Source: an uncultured delta proteobacterium (lineage in GTDB: Bacteria; Myxococcota_A; Polyangia; Polyangiales; JAFGIB01). From it: a stretch of 64,000 nt of DNA. Shown here piece by piece: positions 18,659 through 29,974 of this stretch. The position numbers were made by a program, and so were the translations under genes. The stretch lies in NCBI GenBank assembly GCA_963778655.1, contig CAVZVA010000009.1, positions 832,001-896,000 of the forward strand, read 5' to 3'. The notes under the pieces are model-generated. The model saw nothing but the letters and a program-made list of their open reading frames with translations, had not been told where the DNA came from and ran no database searches. Every line of letters starts with the position of its first letter. Positions within the stretch are counted from its first letter, which is position 1.

Positions 18659-19465
18659 TCAGCCGAACTGCACCGAGCGCTTGGTGAACGCCCCGTCCAT
18701 CCACCAGCCGGTGATGGGGAAGCTTACCTTCGGGTGCTCGCCTGCCACCGCGCCCGCGGCGACCAGCACCGGCGCATAGTGCTCCCACGTCGGCAGCGCC
18801 AGCGCGGCGCCCGGCGCGCGTGCCTGAAACTCGATCAGCGCGTCCGCGTCGAGGCGCGACAGCGCGTCTTCGGCCCAGCGGTCGAACTCCCGGGCCCACG
18901 CCGGGATGCCCGGTCGGAAGGCGTAGCGCATGTTGTGGGTGAGAAAGCCGCTGCCGAAAATCAGCACGCCTTCGTCGCGCAGCGGCCCGAGCGCCTGTCC
19001 CAGCTCGAACAGCGCGCGCGCGTCGAGGCCCGGCATCGAGAGCTGCAGCACGGGGACGCTCGCGTCCGGATACATCGCGACCAGCGGCACGTACGCGCCG
19101 TGGTCGAGCCCGCGTTGCGGGTCGTCCTGCGACGCGATTCCGCGGCTGCCGAGCAGCGCGCGCACGCGTGCGGCCAGCTCGGGCGCGCCCGGGCAGGGGT
19201 ACTTCGTCTGGTAGTAGCGCTCGGGAAAACCGTAGAAGTCGTGGATCAGCGGCACCGGTTGCGTGGCGCCGAGCGTTGCCGGCCGCTGCTCCCAGTGGGC
19301 GGAAACCATCAGCACGCTGCCCGGCCTGGGCATGGCCCGCGCCCACGCGGCGAGCTCTCCCATCCACGCGGCGTCGTCCAGCAGGATCGGCGCGCCATGG
19401 GCGGCGAAGATCACCGGCATCCTCGCGCTCGATCGCTCTGCTGTCGTATGCGCGTGGGTGGTCAC
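18659..19465 (-). CDS. Class III extradiol ring-cleavage dioxygenase (DODA/YgiD/LigB-like)
   Basis: HGAP, SAHW, HDFYGFP, RGLDHGAYVPL, GSGFLTHN, PTWEHYAP. Confidence 0.92.
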   Translation of the reverse strand: MTTHAHTTAERSSARMPVIFAAHGAPILLDDAAWMGELAAWARAMPRPGSVLMVSAHWEQRPATLGATQPVPLIHDFYGFPERYYQTKYPCPGAPELAARVRALLGSRGIASQDDPQRGLDHGAYVPLVAMYPDASVPVLQLSMPGLDARALFELGQALGPLRDEGVLIFGSGFLTHNMRYAFRPGIPAWAREFDRWAEDALSRLDADALIEFQARAPGAALALPTWEHYAPVLVAAGAVAGEHPKVSFPITGWWMDGAFTKRSVQFG

Positions 19466-19562
19466 GGGTTGCCTTGGGGTGCCGGCTCCAAAATGGAATG
19501 CGCCGAGCCGGCGCGCAAACCGACGAGCCAGCGCAGCGCCCGAGCCGCCGTGCGCCGCCGTG

Positions 19563-20525
19563 TCAGGCCACGAGCTCGCGCGGCGATGGCGCTCCCGCTC
19601 GCACCCGCGCGCGGGCCATCTCCACGCACGGAGGCTCGGGGTAGGCCCAGCGCACCAGCTTGGTGCGAAAGCGGCCGAACGGCGTGATGCAGCCGCGCTC
19701 CAGCAAGCTCGGGGTATGGGTCCCGGTCATGCGCTGCGCCCACTCGGGCAGCAGCGCCATCGAGGCGCGCATGCCCAGCCAGCGGTCGAGCTGCTCCGCC
19801 CGGCCGACTTGATCGTGATCGACCCGGCCTTCGAGAAACGCCAGGAACTCTACGGTCTGCGCGGTCATCGCCAGCTGTGGGCGCATGCGCTCCACGTACG
19901 CCAGCAGCTCGTCCACCGTCTCGGGCACCCAGTCGGCGCCGCCCATGCGGCCGATCACGGCCTGCTCCCGCAGATAGCGATCTTTCTCCGTGCGGCTCAG
20001 CGGGCGGCGCGTGCGCTCGAAGGCGGTCATCACCGCCCACGGAATGCAGGTGTGCACCCAGGCGATCAGCTCCGGATCGAGCGCGCGATAGGTGACGCCG
20101 TCCGCGCGCGTGCCGCTCACGCGCGCGTGCATCTGCTTGACCCGCTCGATCACCGCGGTGGCGGCGGGTGCGCTGCCGAAGGTGGTGCGCAGCACGTAGC
20201 CGAGCGTGTTGCGCGCGCGCCGCGCCGCGTTCTGCCGGTATGCGGACTGGGTGTACACGCCGTGCATCACCGACGGATGCAGTACCTCCATCAGCACCGC
20301 ACCGCCGCCCGCGAGCACCAGGCTGGCGAGGTCGGCGTGGATCTCCCACGAGATGCTCTGCGGGCCGCCGACTAGACCCAGGTCGCCGGCCGGACCGGCA
20401 TAGATCGCCGGCTCGTCGTGGCGTCCGCCGCCGGCCTCGATTGCGCGCGCCAAGTTTTCCTGCAGGCGCGTGCGGCGCGGGGCGAGGTGAGCCTCGGGCA
20501 AGGGCTCGGTCGCAACAGGGGTCAT
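19563..20525 (-). CDS. Oxygenase MpaB/DUF2236 family protein
   Basis: GPQSISWEIH, LHPSVMHGV, HARVSG, YRALDPELIAWVH. Confidence 0.88.
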   Translation of the reverse strand: MTPVATEPLPEAHLAPRRTRLQENLARAIEAGGGRHDEPAIYAGPAGDLGLVGGPQSISWEIHADLASLVLAGGGAVLMEVLHPSVMHGVYTQSAYRQNAARRARNTLGYVLRTTFGSAPAATAVIERVKQMHARVSGTRADGVTYRALDPELIAWVHTCIPWAVMTAFERTRRPLSRTEKDRYLREQAVIGRMGGADWVPETVDELLAYVERMRPQLAMTAQTVEFLAFLEGRVDHDQVGRAEQLDRWLGMRASMALLPEWAQRMTGTHTPSLLERGCITPFGRFRTKLVRWAYPEPPCVEMARARVRAGAPSPRELVA

Positions 20526-20549
20526 CGGCGCGGCCTCCTCTTGGTTTCC

Positions 20550-20586
20550 GTGCTAGCACTATAATCCAAGTAAAGACTTGGGATTA
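20550..20586. promoter_or_regulatory. Candidate TetR operator and -10 box in the divergent mpaB-like/tetR intergenic region
   Basis: CCAAGT-AAAG-ACTTGG inverted repeat (20566-20581) flanked by TAAT/ATTA; TATAAT at 20560-20565; palindrome GTGCTAGCAC at 20550-20559. Confidence 0.6.
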
Positions 20587-20614
20587 CTCGGATTCGCGGA
20601 GCCGCGCGCGCGAT

Positions 20615-21247
20615 ATGCCCCAGACCCTGCAAGCGCCCGATTTTGCACCGAGAAAGCTACCCTCCCAGGAGCGCTCGCGGGCCACCTTCGAGGCCATCGT
20701 CACCGCCTGTGCTTGGCTCCTGCAGGAGCGCGGGTTCCACGCCGTGAGCACCAACCATATCGCCGAGCGCGCCGGCGCCAACATCTCGTCGCTGTACGAG
20801 TACTTCCCCGGCAAGGACGCGATCGTCGCGCAGGTCGCCGAGCGCCTGGTGCAGCGCGTGCTCGACCGCCTGCAGGCCGGCCTCGCCGGCATCACCGAGG
20901 GCGATGCGGACGCCGCGGTGCGGCGCTGGATCGAGCTGATCTACCGCACGGTCGCGCGCGAGCGGGCACTGGTCGCGGTGTTTCGCCATCAGGTGCCGTA
21001 CACCAACGAGCTGCCGCCGGTGCGCGCGATCGGCCCGCGCCTGCTCGAGTTCTCGCAGTACGCGCGCGGCGTGGCCGGGCCCTTCGTGCACCCCGACTTC
21101 TCGCTGGCGACCTTGCACTTGGTGGTGAACCTGGTCAGCGCCACCATCCTGCAGCTGGTGCTCGACCCACCGGGCGACGTCGCCCGCAAGCAGTTGCTCG
21201 ATGAGCTTTCGGTGCGCGTCGAGGGCTGGATCCGCGCGCCAGCCTGA
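20615..21247 (+). CDS. TetR/AcrR family transcriptional regulator
   Basis: RKLPSQERSRATFEAI, STNHIAERAGANISSLYEYFPGKDAI HTH. Confidence 0.93.
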   Translation: MPQTLQAPDFAPRKLPSQERSRATFEAIVTACAWLLQERGFHAVSTNHIAERAGANISSLYEYFPGKDAIVAQVAERLVQRVLDRLQAGLAGITEGDADAAVRRWIELIYRTVARERALVAVFRHQVPYTNELPPVRAIGPRLLEFSQYARGVAGPFVHPDFSLATLHLVVNLVSATILQLVLDPPGDVARKQLLDELSVRVEGWIRAPA

Positions 21248-21258
21248 GCGCGTGACGG

Positions 21259-21450
21259 GATCTGACGGTCGAGGACCCGCCGTTGGAGGAGATCGTGCAG
21301 GCGATTTACGAGCGGGCGGCGCGCGGCTGCGCCAGGGTCGAGGCGCCCTCCAGCACGGCGCAACGCGACCTGTGGTACGTGGCGATCACCGAGTGGGTGA
21401 CGCTCTCGCTGCCGCGCCTGCACCTCGAGATCCAGCGCGACTTGCGATCA
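21259..21450 (+). pseudogene. Fused remnant of an ABC-2 type transporter (ATPase tail joined to a permease fragment)
   Basis: DLTVEDPPLEEIVQAIY resembles an ATPase C-terminus; WYVAITEWVTLSLPRLHLEIQRDLRS resembles an ABC-2 permease segment; no start codon or RBS. Confidence 0.5.
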
Positions 21451-21683
21451 GCGCGGCACTCGCCAGGCCCCCGTTGCATGGCGACCCGAGGACACCCGGA
21501 ACTGGCTATTCGCCTAGCTCGTGGCCGCAATGCCCGGCGGGTCCACGGTTGGCCACACCAAGCATCCGCGCCCACCCTCGGGGAAGCCCACCGGCAGAGC
21601 ACCACGCTACCGAGCGATCGATGGTCCGCGAGCAAGGCCGATTGCGGCCCGGCTCCGGCCAGGGTACACCGGACCAACCGCGA

Positions 21684-22475
21684 ATGAAGGCAGGTACTCT
21701 CGGTCCGTGCGCGGCGGCGATCGCGTTGTTGTTGTGCGGCCCACTCGGGGATGCGCGCGCGCAGCTGCGTGACGACGGCGCACGCGTGCCCGCGGAGACG
21801 GCCGCGCGCAGCGCCCAGGCCGGGATGTTCCTGCCGTACACGATGGCGGCGCGGACCGACAGTCAGCGCGCGTTCGTGCTCGCGCTCGGCGGCTACGACC
21901 AGGCCCGCCGCTCGGCGCAGCTCGAGAGCACGGCCGACGCCACGCTGTTCGGTCCGCTCGCGGCGCGCGCTGGCGTGCTCTACGGTCAGAGCGGCCATCG
22001 CATGCGACCCAGCGCGGGTTTGCGCGTGCAGGCCTTGTCGCAGAACGCCCACTACCTCGACCTCTCGCTCGGCGCGTTCTACCGGCCCGAGGGATTTACC
22101 GAGGCCGAGGGCGAGGTCGAAGCCGTGCTGGCATTCGGCCGCAGCTTCGGCCGCCTGGGCACGTTCGCGAACCTGGTCTACGGCCAGGACCCGGAGGGCA
22201 ACGAGCGCGACGGCGAGGTCCGGGTCGCCGCGCTGTATACGCTGGGCGCGCGGGTGCAGAGCGGGCTCGACCTGCGCCTGCGCTTCGATCTCGGCTCCGC
22301 GCAGGGCGCGCGGCGCGTGCCGGGTGAAGCCGACTACGACTTCGTGGCGGGTCCGGTGTTGAGCTATGCGCTGGGTCCGATGGCGCTGCTCGCGCAGCTC
22401 GGCCTGAGCGCCGTGGGGCAATCGCACCCGCGCCTCGGGCCGGTGGCGCTCGCCGGTCTGGGTGGCGCGCTATAG
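21684..22475 (+). CDS. Secreted hypothetical protein, probable beta-barrel-like
   Basis: Signal peptide ending DARA; alternating amphipathic strands; YRPEGFTEAEGEVE. Confidence 0.7.
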   Translation: MKAGTLGPCAAAIALLLCGPLGDARAQLRDDGARVPAETAARSAQAGMFLPYTMAARTDSQRAFVLALGGYDQARRSAQLESTADATLFGPLAARAGVLYGQSGHRMRPSAGLRVQALSQNAHYLDLSLGAFYRPEGFTEAEGEVEAVLAFGRSFGRLGTFANLVYGQDPEGNERDGEVRVAALYTLGARVQSGLDLRLRFDLGSAQGARRVPGEADYDFVAGPVLSYALGPMALLAQLGLSAVGQSHPRLGPVALAGLGGAL

Positions 22476-22734
22476 GCGCGCGGCGTCGAGCTGTGCGTGC
22501 CCCGCTAGCAGCCTGGCCCGCGCCGCGGGTGCGGGCTCGCCTTGTCAAGCTGGTGGACCGTGGTTGCGGTCGAGGCGCGATCTGACGGACCCTTGTGTCT
22601 CCTCCAGCTTCAGCGAGACCGATTTCGCGTCCTACGCGGTGCACCGCTAGCGCATTGCGCCCTGAGCGCGGCGCGCGCGCGGGCGCCCTCGCGCGCCGGC
22701 GATTGGTGGCTATGTGCTCCACGGAGCCCGTGCC

Positions 22735-23871
22735 ATGCGGATCGCGCTGATCGCCCTGCTGCTCGTCCACGGTCTGATCCATGTGCTCGGCTTCCTCAAG
22801 GCTTGGCGGCTGGCGGACGTCAGCGGGCTGAGCGGCGACACGCTGTTCGTGCTGTCGCCGTCGTGGGGCAGACCGATCGGCCTGCTGTGGCTGCTGTGCT
22901 GCCTGGTGCTGCTCGGCGCTGCGGGCTTGCTGCTGTTGCGGCACGGTAGCTGGTGGCTGGTGGCCGGCGGCGGCGTGCTGCTCTCGCAGCTGCTCGTGAC
23001 CTACGCCTGGCCCGACGCCAAGGCCGGTACGCTTGCGAACGTCGTGCTGCTCGCCGCCGTGGTGGTGGGCGCGGCCGAAGCGCGCTTTCGGCGTGACACC
23101 GCGCAGGCGGTTCACACGCTGTTCGCGGCCCCCGCCGCGGAAGCTGCCGAGATGCGGGTCCCGACGATCGAAGCGCTGCCCGCGCCCGTGCGCCGCTGGC
23201 TCGAAGCCTCCGGCGCGGCGGGCAAGCCACGCGCCCACAGCGTGCGCCTGGTGCAGCGCGGGCGGATGCGGACCGCGCCGGGCAAGGCCTCCATGCCGGC
23301 CGAGGCGCACCAGTACTTCAACCTCGACGAGCCGGGCTTCGTATGGCGCGTCAGGGTGACGATGCTCGGGCTGCTGCCGATCGCCGGGCGGGACGCCTAC
23401 CTCGGGGGTAAGGGTCGCATGCTGATCGCGCTGGCCTCGCTCTTCCCGCTGGTCGATGCCAGCGGTCCCAAGATCGACCAGGGCACGCTGTTGCGCTTCC
23501 TCGGCGAGATCGTGTGGTTCCCGAGCGCGGCGTTGAGCCCCTATCTCAGCTGGCAGGATGCCGGCGGCGGCAGCGCGCGCGCCCGCATGAGCTACCGCGG
23601 CGTGCACGCGAGCGCCGACTTCCACTTCGACCGCCAGGGGCGCTTCGTGCGTCTGAACGCGCAGCGCTACATGGACGCGGGCCCGGACGCCACGCCGCAG
23701 CCGTGGGAGGTGGTGGCCAGCGCATGGCAGCACATGGACGGCGTGCTGATCCCGGTGCGCGGCGACGTACGCTGGAAGCACGAGGGTGGCGACTTCGTGT
23801 ACTACGAATGGCAGATCACGCAGCTCGAGCGCGATCGGCCCGAGCTCTACCCGCGTGACGTCGGACAGTGA
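22735..23871 (+). CDS. DUF6544-like membrane-anchored protein
   Basis: HGLIHVLGF with N-terminal TMs; LPAPVRRWL, GRDAY..GKGRM, LLRFLGEIVWFPSA. Confidence 0.8.
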   Translation: MRIALIALLLVHGLIHVLGFLKAWRLADVSGLSGDTLFVLSPSWGRPIGLLWLLCCLVLLGAAGLLLLRHGSWWLVAGGGVLLSQLLVTYAWPDAKAGTLANVVLLAAVVVGAAEARFRRDTAQAVHTLFAAPAAEAAEMRVPTIEALPAPVRRWLEASGAAGKPRAHSVRLVQRGRMRTAPGKASMPAEAHQYFNLDEPGFVWRVRVTMLGLLPIAGRDAYLGGKGRMLIALASLFPLVDASGPKIDQGTLLRFLGEIVWFPSAALSPYLSWQDAGGGSARARMSYRGVHASADFHFDRQGRFVRLNAQRYMDAGPDATPQPWEVVASAWQHMDGVLIPVRGDVRWKHEGGDFVYYEWQITQLERDRPELYPRDVGQ

Positions 23872-23932
23872 GGCGCGCGCCCCAGCCCCGCGCGCCATGG
23901 CGGGGGCGCCCAGCGAGCCGTGCTGCCGCGTT

Positions 23933-25732
<1,800 letters not shown>

Positions 25733-25873
25733 GACGGAGAACAGCCACCAAGCTCAACGAGGCGCTGGCGGGAGAGCTGGGCGAATGTAGGCTGCCGTGG
25801 TCGGGTGCAGGCACTGCGCGTGCCACGCACACAGGCGGTTTTCGCGCAAACCCGCCGGCTCCGGGCTGCCGGC

Positions 25874-27412
25874 TCAGAGCACGCACGCCCACGGCGAGTC
25901 GGCCGTCGTGGAGCACGGAACCGAGATCTCGGCGAACGACAGGCCTTCGCCCTTGCCCTGGGTGTCCGCCCCGGTGGTGTACACCACGCCGGTTTCCGGC
26001 CACCAGACTTCGCGCAGCTCGCGCACCCCGCGGGCGACCGAGTACGACGCCCCGCTGTGCAAGAAGTGCAGCCGCAGCACGCCCAGGCCGGTGTCGGGGT
26101 CGACATCGGCGAGGAAGCCCACCGCTGGTTCGGTGTCCACGAACATCATCCGCACGCTCGATTTGGGCACGTGCGTGGCCAGGGTGCCGTCGTGCTGCAG
26201 GGCCGAGAGCGGCCGCAATCTCAGCACTCCGTCCCGATCGAGCGAGAGCAGGTCACCCTCGATCGAGTGCGCGAAGACCAGCCCCTGCTCGAAGGACGCC
26301 GCGCGCCCGCGCGCGCTGTCGATCCTCCACAGCGTCAGCGAGTCGTCGCTCTCGCGGATGGTGGTGACTAGCTCGTGCACGCCGCTGCTCCACAACCGAT
26401 CGAGCTTGAAGCCGTCCGCCTCCGCCAGCTGCGTGCCCTTGCCGTCTCCTTCGCTGAGCCACAGCGTGGTGGAGCTCTCGCCTTTCACCGTGTACAGCAG
26501 CCAGCCGTTGGCGCTGATGAAGTCGTCGACGGCGTCAGCGATTGTGCGGGGCTTGAGCTTGGCGCCCCCGACTACGAGCGAGCGCGACGAGCACGGGTGG
26601 AAGTAGGCCAGGGTGTGGGGCGGGAAACCGTTGAGCGGAGTCGCCGAGCAGGCGTCCTCGGCGACGCGCGTCACCCCTTGGTCGCGGTTGAATCGCATGA
26701 TGCTGCCGGCGTCGACATAGGTGATCTCGTGCTCGCCCGACGCGAATAGCTCGCTGATGTCGTGGCCAGTGCGCGCGAGCTGGTTCCCGCTCAGATCGCG
26801 CAGCACCGCCTGCCCGCCTTCGACGATCCACATCCCTTCTGCGACTACCAGCGCGCCGTCGACGTCGCGGGCGAGCTCGAGCTTCTCGCCGGTCCACGGG
26901 TCACCCAGCACGAGCCGGCGATCGCTGGTGCGCGCCGCGTAGCGCGGGGCGACGTAGGACGGGTCGTAGGCGGTCCACAGCTCGGCGAGCTTGACGTCGG
27001 AGATCTCGAGCGGAAGCGGCCTGCAATCGATGCCCGCGAAGCGGAGCGTGCCGCGCTTGTTCTCGTCGAAGCTGTCGATGTAGGCCACCGCACCCTTGCC
27101 GAGAACGCCCCAGGCCGGCCCGCCGCTGCGCAGCGGCTGGATCGTGTCGTACCAGGCGACCGGCCCCAGGCTGCACGTCCCGGGCTGATCGGGCGACCAG
27201 ATCACCGCATCGTTACCCTCGCCGCGACGCGCCACCACATGGAAACGCTCGACCTGAGCCCCGCCCCAGGCGATGGAGCGGAACTCGCCGTGCGCAAGCG
27301 GCACGCTGGACACGCTGACCTCGTCTTTGCCGGTCTGACATGCCAACGTGTGCACCACGGCCCACGGCAGCCATGCCCATCTCCAAGCTCTCAGTCGTGG
27401 CCCGTGCCGCAC
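25874..27412 (-). CDS. Hypothetical secreted or lipoprotein, beta-rich
   Basis: Coding-like portion starts near ...LPWAVVHTLAC (possible lipobox); start codon uncertain (GTG 27412). Confidence 0.65.
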   Translation of the reverse strand: MRHGPRLRAWRWAWLPWAVVHTLACQTGKDEVSVSSVPLAHGEFRSIAWGGAQVERFHVVARRGEGNDAVIWSPDQPGTCSLGPVAWYDTIQPLRSGGPAWGVLGKGAVAYIDSFDENKRGTLRFAGIDCRPLPLEISDVKLAELWTAYDPSYVAPRYAARTSDRRLVLGDPWTGEKLELARDVDGALVVAEGMWIVEGGQAVLRDLSGNQLARTGHDISELFASGEHEITYVDAGSIMRFNRDQGVTRVAEDACSATPLNGFPPHTLAYFHPCSSRSLVVGGAKLKPRTIADAVDDFISANGWLLYTVKGESSTTLWLSEGDGKGTQLAEADGFKLDRLWSSGVHELVTTIRESDDSLTLWRIDSARGRAASFEQGLVFAHSIEGDLLSLDRDGVLRLRPLSALQHDGTLATHVPKSSVRMMFVDTEPAVGFLADVDPDTGLGVLRLHFLHSGASYSVARGVRELREVWWPETGVVYTTGADTQGKGEGLSFAEISVPCSTTADSPWACVL

Positions 27413-29856
27413 GTGCTCAAGCCTTGCCGTGTCGCCGCCCCCGTGCAAGCCGCGGCGCGGCGCTGCTGTTGGCGTGGCTGTGCGCTGCCGTGGCCCGGGC
27501 GCAGCCGCAGCCGGACGCAGGTGCTCGGCCACAGCCGCAGCCGGCCTCCAGTGGGCGCTCGAAGGCGGGCGTGCCGGCCGCGGAACCCAGCGCAGCGCAG
27601 CCTCCGCGTGTCTTGCAGCTCGCGCCCGCGGTGGTCGAGCACGCGCTCGCGTTGCAACACGGCGGCAGCCTCGAGCTCGTGGTGCGCGTCGACGCGCAGG
27701 GCCGTGCGACGCTCGATCAGGATCTGCCGAACCCGGCGTTGCGGCGCGCGGTGCAGGCCGCGCTCGCCCGCGCCCGCTTCGAGCCCGCGCGCGTGGGTGG
27801 AATTGCGGTGCCCGCTCGCGCGCGCGTGCGGCTGCGTCTGGTGGAGCCTGCGCCGCCCGCGCCTTTGGCGGCCACGCCCGCGCCTTCCCCATCCGCGCAG
27901 CGACCCGCGCTTGCGCTCGCGCCTGCGGCGCCCCCATTACCCGCGCCCGCCGCGGCGGAGCCCTACGTGTTCGGCGCCACAGGCCGCGTGAATCAGCCGC
28001 GTCCGAATCAGCACCACCTGGAAAGCGAGGTCACGCGCGATCTACCCGGCGCATTCGGCGATCCGTTTCGCGCCATCGACTCGATGCCGGGCGTGGTGCC
28101 GGCGGTCAGCGGTCTGCCCTACGTCTACGTGCGAGGTGCGCCGCCCTCCGGCACCGTCTACTACTACGACGACATCCAGGTGCCCGCGCTATTCCACCTG
28201 GCGCTCGGCCCGGCCGTCGTTCACCCCGCGATGATCGGCAACGTCGACTTCTATCCCAGCGTGGCCCCGGCGCGCTACGGCCGGGCCACCGGCGGCGTGC
28301 TCGCCTCCGAGAGCTGCACGGCGCCGTGTGTGCTCGCGCCGCGCGGCGAGCTCGAGCTGCGCGCGATCGACGTCATGGGCATGGCAGCCACGCCGCTCGG
28401 CCGCGGCGGCTCGGTCAGCGTGGCCGGCCGCTACGGCTATCCCGGGCTGCTGCTGAGCGCGTTGAGCCCGAACATCGAGCTGCAGTACTGGGACTACCAG
28501 ACGCGGCTGCAGCTGCCGCTCGGCGGCCCCGACCGCTTCGAGCTGAGCTGGTTCGGGTCATATGACCATGAGGCGGACACCAGCTCCAACGTTCCCGGCA
28601 GCGGCATCGACCTGCAGTTTCACCGCGCCGAAGCGCGCGTGATCCGCACACTCGACTCGCTCGAGCTGGGCGGCATGCTGCAGCTCGGCTACGAGCGCTC
28701 CACGCTGAAGAACGAATTCGGCGTTTCGGCCTTTCGCCTCGGACCCCGCGCGTATCTGTCCTGGCACGACGCGCGCGGGCTGCGGCTGCGGGTCGGCGGC
28801 GATTTCTTCGGCATCGTCGGCAGCCTGCGCGATCTCAATCCGGGCGATCAGAACAACCTCGATTTCGTCGATCCGGGCTACCGCAGCGCGCCCACGCGCA
28901 GCCTCGGCGGGCTCTACGGCGAGCTGCACCTGCCGCTGGCCGCCCGCTGGGACCTGGACGCCGGACTGCGCGGCGACGTGTGGATCACGGGCAGGAGCGC
29001 ACAGCAGGCGCTCGAGCCGCGCGCCACCGTGACCTTCCGGCCGCTGCAGCGGCTGTCCCTGCACGCAGCGGTCGGACTGGGCGACCAGCCCGCCGTGTTC
29101 CTGATCCCGCTGCCGGGCGTGGCCGACGTGGCGCTCGACCACGGCTTGCAGCGCGCGATCCAGAGCGAGGCCGGCGCCGCGCTCGAGCTCGGCCAGGGCC
29201 TGCACCTGCAGTCGCAGCTCTACCTGCAGCGCTTCTTCAACATGATTCTGCCCGAAGCGGTGCTCACGGCGGAGCGCACCTGCGGCCTGCTGCCGCTCGC
29301 CGCCGACGGGGTCTTCGGCTGCGACCGTCAGAGCTCGCCACGCTCGTCGGTGTGGGCATACGGTCTGGAGCTGTTCCTGCGGCGCGATGTCTCCAAGGCG
29401 CTGTCGGGCTGGCTCAGCTACACGCTGGGGTGGGCGGACGCGCGCTCGGAGCAGGGCCAGGCGTACCGTCCGAGCTTCGACATCCGCCACGTGGTGAACC
29501 TGGTGTTGCAGTACCGACTACCGGCGGGCTTCAGCCTGGGCGGCAGGTTGTTCTATCGCAGCGGCAAGGTGGTGACGTACGACTTCGTGCGCGCGCAGCC
29601 GATCTCGTACCAGCAGCGCTTGCCCGGCTTCTTCCGCGGCGACGCCGAGCTGGCCTATAGTTGGACCACGTCATGGGCCAGGCTGCGGCTCGCGCTCGAA
29701 TGGCTCAACGTCACGCTCTCGCGCGAGGCGGTGGATATCGCGTGCCACGATGGCGTGCAGACCGGCAAGAACCCGCTGTCCGCCACGCCCTGCACGGTGC
29801 GCTACGCGCCCGCGATCTTCTTTCCAAGCCTGGGTCTGCGCGCGCGCTTCGAGTGA
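27340..29856 (+). CDS. TonB-dependent receptor with an N-terminal TonB-C-like domain (myxobacterial type)
   Basis: RFEPARVGG (TonB-C-like), plug LPGAFGDPFRAIDSMPGV..VRG, GWLSYTL, C-terminal PSLGLRARF; true start probably downstream of 27340. Confidence 0.88.
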   Translation: MPTCAPRPTAAMPISKLSVVARAARAQALPCRRPRASRGAALLLAWLCAAVARAQPQPDAGARPQPQPASSGRSKAGVPAAEPSAAQPPRVLQLAPAVVEHALALQHGGSLELVVRVDAQGRATLDQDLPNPALRRAVQAALARARFEPARVGGIAVPARARVRLRLVEPAPPAPLAATPAPSPSAQRPALALAPAAPPLPAPAAAEPYVFGATGRVNQPRPNQHHLESEVTRDLPGAFGDPFRAIDSMPGVVPAVSGLPYVYVRGAPPSGTVYYYDDIQVPALFHLALGPAVVHPAMIGNVDFYPSVAPARYGRATGGVLASESCTAPCVLAPRGELELRAIDVMGMAATPLGRGGSVSVAGRYGYPGLLLSALSPNIELQYWDYQTRLQLPLGGPDRFELSWFGSYDHEADTSSNVPGSGIDLQFHRAEARVIRTLDSLELGGMLQLGYERSTLKNEFGVSAFRLGPRAYLSWHDARGLRLRVGGDFFGIVGSLRDLNPGDQNNLDFVDPGYRSAPTRSLGGLYGELHLPLAARWDLDAGLRGDVWITGRSAQQALEPRATVTFRPLQRLSLHAAVGLGDQPAVFLIPLPGVADVALDHGLQRAIQSEAGAALELGQGLHLQSQLYLQRFFNMILPEAVLTAERTCGLLPLAADGVFGCDRQSSPRSSVWAYGLELFLRRDVSKALSGWLSYTLGWADARSEQGQAYRPSFDIRHVVNLVLQYRLPAGFSLGGRLFYRSGKVVTYDFVRAQPISYQQRLPGFFRGDAELAYSWTTSWARLRLALEWLNVTLSREAVDIACHDGVQTGKNPLSATPCTVRYAPAIFFPSLGLRARFE

Positions 29857-29974
29857 AACGCCCGGCCCGAGCCCCGGCCGCCGGCTCACGGCCCCAGGAC
29901 CCAAACATTGACGCGAACGGCGATTGCCAGCCGCACCCGGAGCAGGTAAGTGGGCCGGACGGGAGGGTTCTTCG

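Noticed and set aside
22476..22734. Another possible gene remnant
   Set aside because: No frame gave a recognisable motif
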